Shown: positions 16,651 to 23,437 of the stretch, one piece after another
Layout of the letters: each line of letters begins with the position of its first letter
Numbering within the stretch: position 1 is the stretch's first letter
Origin: a virus
Lineage: Duplodnaviria > Caudoviricetes
Virus record (IMG/VR): IMGVR_UViG_3300025101_000003
Span: 1 to 60,229 of that record
Length of the DNA stretch: 60,229 bases
Direction: 5' to 3' (one strand)
Notes under the pieces: generated by a model
What the model was told of the DNA's origin: nothing
What the model saw: only the letters and a program-made list of their open reading frames with translations
Databases searched by the model: none
Made by a program: the position numbers and the translations under genes

Positions 16651-17740
16651 CGTACCTCCTCCATGCGCCCAGAGCTCTGTCTGGATCTTCTGTGGGTAGT
16701 TTAGAACAAAAGTCTGCGTACTCAACAAAGTCTGCCCACATCTTGGCGTGTGCAGTTCTGTCGATTGCAGCGATACTATAGAAGCGAAGGAACTCTATCG
16801 AGCACTCGATACAAGTGAGTGCGTCTGACAATTCCTTGAGTGACGCCGGTGACTTGGGTAGTCGTATCTCGATAGTCTTCCGTCGATGAGATACTGCGTC
16901 AGTCCTGCTGAACTGGCGTCTGTTGATGCGTGAGTTAGCCCCTCGGCTGTATGTCCTTGGGCGATCTCTCCATCCCGGTCGTTGATACGGAGTCTGAATA
17001 CCTTCAATCGGTCCGGGCTCACAGTAGTCTGTGCATTTCCTGCCGAACACATTGCCTTGGTACCCCTGGTTTGACACGATGTTCCAGAACAACGACAGCT
17101 TGCCGACGAGCAAAGGGGTTAAGTCTCTGCGGTCGACATGAACATGCAGTCCGCAGTCCGGCCTGTCCTGAAAGTAATCGAAGTCTACCGTGCTCCAACA
17201 AGCAAGGTGGTTGGCAGTTGTCGCTGGTATGCAGCTGAACTCTGTGCCGATGCCAGGAATGCTTCCGTCATTCTTTGCAATGCAATAAGCACTGGCCTCT
17301 CTTTTCGACAACATGCTGTAGTTGCGATTGAGTTGTGCGTACAGCTCAGTGAATGCGTACGAAGCTGCCACTTTAGCGGAAGCCCCGCGTGGATTGTTAA
17401 GAACATCGTCACGATAAGAGAGTTCAACCTCGATCCCAAGACGGACGCTGCTTTGTCTGAACTTGCGGCTGAAGTTAGTCTTCTCGATTGGGTCTGCTCG
17501 GTAGTGATGATTGCGGATCGTGTACTTCGGGGGGTCTTTGAGCCGGAGGCTACCAACGATCATCAACTGGCCGATTGTTGCAGAGTAGTCCGGCATGTCG
17601 TAAGCAACCGGATAGAGCCAACCACCACAACTGTCACAACGAGCCGCCGTCCTCATCCGAAGCCTTGACGGGTGTCCGTTGCACTCGCACTGGCTCTGCA
17701 TTGAATTAGGCAGGTCGCTTATGGGTATTGCTTCAGGCAT
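16640..17740 (-). CDS. Amidoligase (COOH-NH2 ligase), copy 1
   Basis: LGIEVEL, KNDGSI, GTEFS.IP, DCGLHVHV, TIEIRL. Confidence 0.88.
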   Translation of the reverse strand: MPEAIPISDLPNSMQSQCECNGHPSRLRMRTAARCDSCGGWLYPVAYDMPDYSATIGQLMIVGSLRLKDPPKYTIRNHHYRADPIEKTNFSRKFRQSSVRLGIEVELSYRDDVLNNPRGASAKVAASYAFTELYAQLNRNYSMLSKREASAYCIAKNDGSIPGIGTEFSCIPATTANHLACWSTVDFDYFQDRPDCGLHVHVDRRDLTPLLVGKLSLFWNIVSNQGYQGNVFGRKCTDYCEPGPIEGIQTPYQRPGWRDRPRTYSRGANSRINRRQFSRTDAVSHRRKTIEIRLPKSPASLKELSDALTCIECSIEFLRFYSIAAIDRTAHAKMWADFVEYADFCSKLPTEDPDRALGAWRRYDAD

Positions 17741-17760
17741 TTAGTTTGCCTTTCTAGTTA

Positions 17761-17832
17761 GGGGAGAAAAGAGGGACAGGAACACGCTGCTCCTGCCCCT
17801 CAAAAGAAAGAGCCGACCCTGTAAATAAGGTC
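17761..17832 (-). promoter_or_regulatory. Repeated element copy 1 (core at 17809) with 11-bp stem-loop 17771-17801
   Basis: Minus strand: CCTTATTTACAGGGTCGGCTCT-7nt-GAGGGGCAGGA/TCCTGTCCCTC-TTTT. Confidence 0.75.
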
Positions 17833-17923
17833 AGATAAACATACGCCCAAGCAGTTCAATGACGAACCTCAAGAGCGTTTGAACAATCCAAATCTGTGTC
17901 TCATCCATAAGACATCGATCTCC

Positions 17924-18244
17924 TTAAAGTGCTTGGACATCAAAGCAGAAACTAATCTCTGCTTTCCTTTTACTAGGCCCCCTCTTCCTACTGTGATGCT
18001 TCGGCATCGCATGCGGGGCATACTCGTGCATGCCTTGAAGAATGGGGTACTCAATACCATGCCTTCTGTAGAACATCTGGCATAGCTGCCACTCCATGTG
18101 GCTCAGGCTAGCAAGCTGCTTGAACTCTTTGAGCGAGAACTGTGCAGCCTCTGCTTGCTTGAGAAGCTTCAAGACTTTACGTGCCTTGCGAGCTCTTGCA
18201 CTTGTCCGTCTCTTCCTGCGAAACGGAAGTTTGGTTTGCTTCAT
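17924..18244 (-). CDS. Basic hypothetical protein
   Basis: GAAAGGA RBS. Confidence 0.55.
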   Translation of the reverse strand: MKQTKLPFRRKRRTSARARKARKVLKLLKQAEAAQFSLKEFKQLASLSHMEWQLCQMFYRRHGIEYPILQGMHEYAPHAMPKHHSRKRGPSKRKAEISFCFDVQAL

Positions 18245-18255
18245 CCCGGTCCTTT

Positions 18256-18471
18256 CTAATGAGATGGTTCACTGTACTTCTTAACTCTTAACATCAACGC
18301 ACGGACTTGTGTAATCTCACGCAGGTTAGCCTCGTCATCTGTGGAACTGGGTGTGTCCTCGATGAAGTCTTGGTAGTCGCCAAGAGCTGCAACTAGAATC
18401 CCAAGATCCTCGAATGTGAACTTGCAGTCCACTTGATGACGTGAGCATTCCCGTTCTTCTTGAATAATCAT
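18256..18471 (-). CDS. Small hypothetical early protein
   Basis: Coupled ORF. Confidence 0.65.
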   Translation of the reverse strand: MIIQEERECSRHQVDCKFTFEDLGILVAALGDYQDFIEDTPSSTDDEANLREITQVRALMLRVKKYSEPSH

Positions 18472-18704
18472 TCATCCTCCTTGATGATGGCTATGGTTTC
18501 TTTCCGGTTCACTCGTATCTCGACATGACCACGACCGGCCATGACCACGTTAGGCTGACTGTTCCTATGACGAGTGGACACAGGAACAGTGCATTGAATA
18601 TGATCCACGTAATGACAAGTACCCCTCTCGTGAACAGTCATGGTTGGTTTGCCACGCTGACGCGAGAGGGGCTTGTTGAAGTGGAAGAAAAAACTTCTCT
18701 TCAT
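18468..18704 (-). CDS. Small phage hypothetical protein
   Basis: FFFHFNKP.S......TVH..G.C.......C.VP......QP..VM.G pattern; GGAG RBS. Confidence 0.7.
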   Translation of the reverse strand: MKRSFFFHFNKPLSRQRGKPTMTVHERGTCHYVDHIQCTVPVSTRHRNSQPNVVMAGRGHVEIRVNRKETIAIIKEDE

Positions 18705-18712
18705 CGTGTCTC

Positions 18713-19012
18713 CTATGCACAAGCTGCAAGGGAGTCCCAGAACTCGACAGTGCTTTCCATTCGCTCCTCGGATTCGATCCTCGACTCTGCGTCCATCGTG
18801 TCGAAGATGTGCTGAGCCACAAACCCAGCGAACTGAGCGTCGTCAATGCTATCGTAAGGGTGATTGATCTCATCATCAGAGAACCTGTCGTCCATCAAGA
18901 CAACATGGAAATGAAACCCACGCTGAAAGATCCAGCCGATGCGATTGGCATGGGCATCAGTGACGTAAGCTGCAATGTGACCGTCGCAAGTGGTGGTAGT
19001 TGTCGAGTTCAT
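18713..19012 (-). CDS. Hypothetical early protein
   Basis: AGGAG RBS downstream of repeated element copy 2. Confidence 0.65.
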   Translation of the reverse strand: MNSTTTTTCDGHIAAYVTDAHANRIGWIFQRGFHFHVVLMDDRFSDDEINHPYDSIDDAQFAGFVAQHIFDTMDAESRIESEERMESTVEFWDSLAACA

Positions 19013-19041
19013 AATTAAGAGTCTCCTATTGCATGGTTGAT

Positions 19042-19118
19042 AAAAAGAAAAAGGGACCAGTCACCATGCAGTAACTGATCCCTTCACAAGTAAGAGCCGA
19101 CCCTATAAAACAAGGGTC
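19042..19118 (-). promoter_or_regulatory. Repeated element copy 2 (core at 19093) with a terminator-like hairpin
   Basis: GACCCTTGTTTTATAGGGTCGGCTCT-7nt-GAAGGGATCAGTTAC/GTGACTGGTCCCTTT-TTCTTTTT. Confidence 0.8.
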
Positions 19119-19216
19119 TTCAAGGTTTGCTGTCCGTGTATAGAGACGGACTGATAACAGCGGTCTGCTTTACAGGCATTGACCGTACTATGTCCAGTAA
19201 GTGCTGGAGTTGATTC

Positions 19217-19432
19217 TTAGTAGAGCTGTCCTTGGATGGTGAAGCTTTCTTCTTCATCAGGATTGTCACTCCTTCCTTCTTCACGCCTTTCTATTGCGGT
19301 TTTAATCTTGTCGTAGTGATACCACAGGTTGTACCACTCGTAGATATGACAAACGCTGTCTGTTCTCATCACTTCTATGTCAGTCAGCATTGACTTGACC
19401 ATACGCTCTAGTGCTAAGTCAGGCATCTTCAC
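19217..19432 (-). CDS. Small hypothetical protein
   Basis: Coupled ORF, AAGGAG RBS. Confidence 0.6.
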   Translation of the reverse strand: MKMPDLALERMVKSMLTDIEVMRTDSVCHIYEWYNLWYHYDKIKTAIERREEGRSDNPDEEESFTIQGQLY

Positions 19433-19808
19433 TCCTTACTTTTGGGGGCCAAAACTTTGATGGGTAATCTGTGTTGAACATGTAGATCTTGCAGTCGTCA
19501 AACTCTGGATCAACTTGCTCAGCCCAGTCTTCCTTGAAGACGAACTCGCACATGTCCTTGCGGTACATGCCTCGACTTACGCCCTCGATTGCATCAGCTG
19601 TCTTCTCTGCCTCTTCGGTGAGTGTGCAAAGAGATAACTTAAGCTGTCCGTACTTGGATGGTAGTATTCGTGCGACACCATACTCGTAGTCAACATTCCA
19701 TCCAGGAACTGCAAGCTCGTCACTGATGACTTTGTAACCGTCTGAACCAAACGCTCGTCGCCGCGTCGGGTCATCTCTGAATATGCCATAGAAGGCAAAG
19801 CTACTCAT
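19419..19808 (-). CDS. Gamma-glutamylcyclotransferase (GGCT/AIG2-like) protein
   Basis: N-terminal FAFYGIF; ADAIEG..GMYRK; in the same region as the amidoligases and GATase. Confidence 0.65.
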   Translation of the reverse strand: MSSFAFYGIFRDDPTRRRAFGSDGYKVISDELAVPGWNVDYEYGVARILPSKYGQLKLSLCTLTEEAEKTADAIEGVSRGMYRKDMCEFVFKEDWAEQVDPEFDDCKIYMFNTDYPSKFWPPKVRSEDA

Positions 19809-20044
19809 TCGTAGATATCTCCTGGGTTAAGGGGCCTTGTAAAAGGTAGAGCCGACCCTGCAAAACAGGGGGTCATGCTCATCTCCTGCATCTCTTCTTG
19901 TCGAAGCAGCTCGTCGCGAAGCTTCATGCACTGGTCGCACGCAACAGTGTGTCTCTCTTCGTTCTCAAAGTAGTAGTTGCGAACCATCGCCAAGCTGTTG
20001 ACGATAAGATCAAACTCTGACTCACTCACGGTTATGTTTAGCAA
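19805..20044 (-). CDS. Small hypothetical protein (probable TTG start at 20044)
   Basis: AGGTAGG upstream; ORF track extends to 20164. Confidence 0.55.
   Translation of the reverse strand: MLNITVSESEFDLIVNSLAMVRNYYFENEERHTVACDQCMKLRDELLRQEEMQEMSMTPCFAGSALPFTRPLNPGDIYE
19848..19874 (-). promoter_or_regulatory. Repeated element copy 3
   Basis: CCCTGTTTTGCAGGGTCGGCTCT, 40 nt upstream of the GGCT start. Confidence 0.7.
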
Positions 20045-20051
20045 GAAGCAC

Positions 20052-20333
20052 CTACCTTTCATTAGGGTTTGTACGCATAGGGGAAGGGTCAATCCACCTG
20101 TACTTGCCTTGAAGAAGTGGGATGATATCTGTCGGCCCCTCGTCTTCGTCTTTTCCGTAGACATACAGTCGCAGCTCGTCTTGACTCAATTCGATTACGA
20201 CAAGCGGGTCCATTTCATTGACGCCAAACTGCACGTAATTGGATGTGACTTTGGTTACTGCACCCTCAAGCACAGACCCATCATCTCCACGCAATACGTG
20301 TCTTAGTTCCATAGGAACAGGTGATTGCTTCAT
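20052..20333 (-). CDS. Hypothetical protein
   Basis: Coupled ORF. Confidence 0.65.
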   Translation of the reverse strand: MKQSPVPMELRHVLRGDDGSVLEGAVTKVTSNYVQFGVNEMDPLVVIELSQDELRLYVYGKDEDEGPTDIIPLLQGKYRWIDPSPMRTNPNER

Positions 20334-20521
20334 TTAGCACTCCATTTCTTAGTACATCGAGTTGATATGTAAACAGGCATACCGCACAGCCTGTACTCTT
20401 CAACGAGTCTTAATAGCTCGAGCTTGTATTGACTGAAGATCTTGAAATCTCTGCGGTCGAGTTCATCTACAGTCTCTACGCCTTGTTTGCCTCGCATGTT
20501 GAGGTATCTCAAATGCTGCAA
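20330..20521 (-). CDS. Small phage hypothetical protein
   Basis: YLN....GVETVDE...EY.L....YISTRC.K.W pattern. Confidence 0.65.
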   Translation of the reverse strand: MQHLRYLNMRGKQGVETVDELDRRDFKIFSQYKLELLRLVEEYRLCGMPVYISTRCTKKWSAK

Positions 20522-20528
20522 AGATCAC

Positions 20529-20897
20529 CTACCTTTCTGTGTTGTTTGCCATGCTGGTCTCAAGCTCAGTGAATGCAAGCTTGTCGAACTGTTTCTCTTC
20601 AAGGCCGTTGACTGCAAGCATGATCGCTCGCACGTCTGTTTTGTTTGTAACATGTAGGCCATGCTCTTCCAGACGTTGGACCCATTCCTCCAGGTGGTAC
20701 TTTGGGTAAGCCCACTCAGCGTTATTATTTGCATCCTTCCTCATAGCACGGTACTGATTCCATGTAAGCTTCTTGAAGAAAGCAAACTTTTCTTGAGTGT
20801 TGATATCCGTGGGATCGTATTGCCCAGTCTCGGCGAACGCTCGCTCGTATAATTCTGGGACAGCGTAACTGTCGTACATATTTTGCTCCTTAAGCAA
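20529..20897 (-). CDS. Hypothetical protein
   Basis: Open frame; AAGGAG RBS favours the internal Met (MYDSY). Confidence 0.65.
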   Translation of the reverse strand: MLKEQNMYDSYAVPELYERAFAETGQYDPTDINTQEKFAFFKKLTWNQYRAMRKDANNNAEWAYPKYHLEEWVQRLEEHGLHVTNKTDVRAIMLAVNGLEEKQFDKLAFTELETSMANNTER

Positions 20898-20961
20898 AGG
20901 TTATCGAACAAGAAACATCATGGCACCCAGCATCCAAAGACACTGGGTGACGTGGCACCTC

Positions 20962-21261
20962 TTACTCGGGGTGAACGATTGAACCAACTAATGCCTCCCT
21001 GATGTTGGTCAGGTGACGCATGGTTCCTTCAGTTGCATCAACAATAGTAATGAACTTCTTACGTTCCTTGGACTGCAGCTTCTCTTCGAGTTGCTGAATC
21101 CGAACACGCAAGACCTCAACCTCGGATGGCTGCTGCATCCTATCGACAACAGCCTGACACTGACCACGCCAATACTTACTGGCATTGCTAATCTGACCCT
21201 GGCCGAAGTAACCACCACAAATGCCAAGGGTAAAGAACGCAAGACAAATACTGATACGCAT
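20962..21261 (-). CDS. Membrane-anchored coiled-coil protein
   Basis: N-terminal hydrophobic segment; GAGG RBS. Confidence 0.65.
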   Translation of the reverse strand: MRISICLAFFTLGICGGYFGQGQISNASKYWRGQCQAVVDRMQQPSEVEVLRVRIQQLEEKLQSKERKKFITIVDATEGTMRHLTNIREALVGSIVHPE

Positions 21262-21280
21262 AGGTACCTCATCTTTCTAA

Positions 21281-21350
21281 AGGGAAAAGAAACAAGGAGC
21301 AGCAGAGTGCTGTCCCTCAATAGATAGAGCCGACCCTATAAAAATAGGGG
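21281..21350 (-). promoter_or_regulatory. Repeated element copy 4 (core at 21326) with stem-loop
   Basis: CCCTATTTTTATAGGGTCGGCTCT-7nt-GAGGGACAGCA/TGCTGCTCCTT-GTTTCTTTT. Confidence 0.78.
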
Positions 21351-21716
21351 TTAAACGAACTTACCGGACAAAATTCTCTCAAGATCATCAGCTAGGGAGA
21401 TAGCGTAGGCAGAACCGAACCTGCCCTCTCCTCCTTCGGCATACTCGTCCGCAAGGCTTTCGCCCATGCGTTTGAGTGCTTGAATGATTGAACGCATCTG
21501 CGGGGGTGTGATTGTGTAATTATCCCTACCCTCAAACTTCAGGTCATCGTAGAGCTTCTCGTTCACTGCCCTCACTTCCTTAAGCTCCTCGCTAAGCTTG
21601 AGCTTCTCTTGCATAACTTCCTCCCAAGCTTGATTGGCCGCTGTTACCGACTTACGTAAGTCAGCTTGCTTGTCGAGAAGCCTGGCAAGCTTATAGACGT
21701 TAATCTTTACGTTCAT
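21351..21716 (-). CDS. Hypothetical coiled-coil protein
   Basis: Coupled ORF. Confidence 0.65.
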   Translation of the reverse strand: MNVKINVYKLARLLDKQADLRKSVTAANQAWEEVMQEKLKLSEELKEVRAVNEKLYDDLKFEGRDNYTITPPQMRSIIQALKRMGESLADEYAEGGEGRFGSAYAISLADDLERILSGKFV

Positions 21717-22123
21717 GAATCTCTCTCTTTCTTGAGTTCTAGGTACTGATCAAGTAACGTCTTCGCGACATCAACCCACTTATCCATAGGTGGGTCTACA
21801 ACTGAGGGGCCGTCGTCAAAGTGACCCTTGGCGTCTATGGAATAGTCCCACAATGCGTAGTACATACATCTCTTTGCCTCGACATCGAACTCGCCAAGCG
21901 GCTGTTCCCAATATGCCTGATCCCTTTCTTCTTTTTCAGGAAGCTCCTCGCACAGGTCCTTGTCCTTCATTAAAGACTTGGCTGCCTCCAAGTGTTCAAG
22001 CTTTGGGTTGACGAGGTTGAACTTCGCATAGTCGTACGGCCTAGCGTTCTTGACGTGGTAATCAAGCACGTAAAGCACACAGTTCAATTCAGCATCACTG
22101 AGTTGTACTTGTGTAGTTGTCAT
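21713..22123 (-). CDS. Hypothetical protein with an internal duplication
   Basis: LSDAELNCVLYVLDY and FDVEAKRCMYYALWDY. Confidence 0.65.
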   Translation of the reverse strand: MTTTQVQLSDAELNCVLYVLDYHVKNARPYDYAKFNLVNPKLEHLEAAKSLMKDKDLCEELPEKEERDQAYWEQPLGEFDVEAKRCMYYALWDYSIDAKGHFDDGPSVVDPPMDKWVDVAKTLLDQYLELKKERDS

Positions 22124-22150
22124 ATCTATCTCTCTTTCTTAAAGGGGAAG

Positions 22151-22200
22151 GTTGATGCAAAGGTACATCAATCCGCCCAGCCCCGAAGGACTGAGCGATT
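22151..22200 (-). promoter_or_regulatory. Tandem hairpins including a cUUCGg tetraloop
   Basis: CGCTCAGTCC-TTCG-GGGCTGGGCG, then TTGATG/CATCAA. Confidence 0.55.
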
Positions 22201-22210
22201 TGGCGAACCC

Positions 22211-22423
22211 TTACCAAGGCTGACCCAGCTCCCACGCTAGGCTGGACTCGAGCCGGACAATGGTGTCCCGAACGCTACTCGGCATTGGCTTGCCTTCGTA
22301 GTCGCGTACGACCTGCTCCATGCTGTGCAGGAGGTGGTGAACATCGTCTGCTCGGTCAGCAACGAAGTCACCGGCTTCGACAGCCTCGCGTAAGGCAGGG
22401 TTCGGGATGTATGAAAGCGGCAT
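22211..22423 (-). CDS. Small hypothetical protein
   Basis: Start downstream of element copy 5. Confidence 0.6.
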   Translation of the reverse strand: MPLSYIPNPALREAVEAGDFVADRADDVHHLLHSMEQVVRDYEGKPMPSSVRDTIVRLESSLAWELGQPW

Positions 22424-22445
22424 AGCATTCTCTCTTTCACTAAGA

Positions 22446-22510
22446 GGGGAAAAGGAAGGAGAACAAGACTGTCTCGTTCTACCTATAGAGCCGACCCTAG
22501 GAACAAGGAC
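22446..22510 (-). promoter_or_regulatory. Repeated element copy 5 (core at 22487) with stem-loop
   Basis: CCTTGTTCCTAGGGTCGGCTCT-7nt-GAACGAGA/TCTTGTTC. Confidence 0.75.
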
Positions 22511-22872
22511 TAAGCGGCTTTCGTAAACCGCCCAGTCTTTGGGTCACGTAACCTACGCTGTATCTTGGCAACCGAGTCACGGGTAGAATCCAGACGGACG
22601 TGGTTGTAAGTGACGACATCCTTGATGCGGTGGACTAAGTTCCGCAGTGTCATCAGCGTGACGAAGAACCAAGCAACCATGAAGACACCAGCAATCGCAA
22701 GGATATCTGTAACCGTCAGCGTTACCTGTGTGCTGCTAACCCATGCAGCAACAGTGGGCATAGCTTCTGCGTACAAGTCCTGTGCCAAGCGTACGGTGTT
22801 GTCGAACCCGTAGCGGTTAGCACTGTAGATACCTGAACCAACAACAGCACCAAGCATGAATACAAATCGCAT
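22510..22872 (-). CDS. Membrane protein, first gene of the minus-strand block
   Basis: Hydrophobic segments; AGGAG RBS; ends RDPKTGRF. Confidence 0.7.
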   Translation of the reverse strand: MRFVFMLGAVVGSGIYSANRYGFDNTVRLAQDLYAEAMPTVAAWVSSTQVTLTVTDILAIAGVFMVAWFFVTLMTLRNLVHRIKDVVTYNHVRLDSTRDSVAKIQRRLRDPKTGRFTKAA

Positions 22873-22884
22873 AGCTCAATCTCC

Positions 22885-22960
22885 TAGCAGGTAGCAGTAG
22901 CAGTCACCGTTGCTGCCACTGTCATCCGCTACAGATAGAGCCGACACTAGGAAAACAGTG
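22885..22960 (-). promoter_or_regulatory. Repeated element copy 6 (core at 22937) with stem-loop
   Basis: CACTGTTTTCCTAGTGTCGGCTCT-7nt-GCGG..CAGTGGCAG/CTGCTACTG..CTGC. Confidence 0.72.
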
Positions 22961-23188
22961 CTAAGCCACAGGGCAGCGGTAGGGTATAAGAGGAAGAAGG
23001 AAACACGGTGGGGTGTTATGGTGCTCGCGTCGTCTTAGCATAGATGGGGTCCCACCTGTTATGGTATAACGCTAGGAATTACGGCAGAAACGGAGGCAAA
23101 TTGCAAAGACCCCTTCCCCCCCATCGCGGTCAAATCATATATTACGTTCCGCCCCTGGATTTTTTCCCGATTTTGCGTTTGAGGTCAC

Positions 23189-23434
23189 ATGACGTCCATC
23201 CACCAATGCTCGCCTGAAATTCACGTATTGACCCCAAAAGGCGAGGGTCATTGCCTGTTTCTGATTGACTATGGCCCCATGATCAACACTGTGTGGGTGG
23301 TGCATTTGTTTAAGGACGGTACGGTTTTACACTTTGATTCCTCAGATGTCCGTATCTACGGCAACTTGATGTATGGGATCAAGGACCCTGAGGAGCATCA
23401 TTGCACCAAGACGGTAGATACTGGGCATGAATAA
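23189..23434 (+). CDS. Small phage hypothetical protein
   Basis: TPKGEG....IDYG....WVV....G pattern; GAGG RBS. Confidence 0.7.
   Translation: MTSIHQCSPEIHVLTPKGEGHCLFLIDYGPMINTVWVVHLFKDGTVLHFDSSDVRIYGNLMYGIKDPEEHHCTKTVDTGHE
23411..23434 (+). promoter_or_regulatory. Candidate late promoter motif, copy 2
   Basis: ACGG-N8-GGGCATGAATAA just before the structural block. Confidence 0.35.
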
Positions 23435-23437
23435 AGT

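Noticed and set aside
19129-19210. Hammerhead ribozyme (CTGATAA)
   Set aside because: Does not match the CUGANGA core and has no correctly placed GAAA.
17809-22960. The six repeats as a CRISPR array
   Set aside because: Spacing is irregular (450-1500 nt), whole genes lie between copies, the core is only ~12 nt, and no cas genes are present.
12498-22960. Whole minus-strand block as a recombinase-invertible segment
   Set aside because: No flanking inverted repeats found by eye, and the left boundary overlaps the sigma gene.
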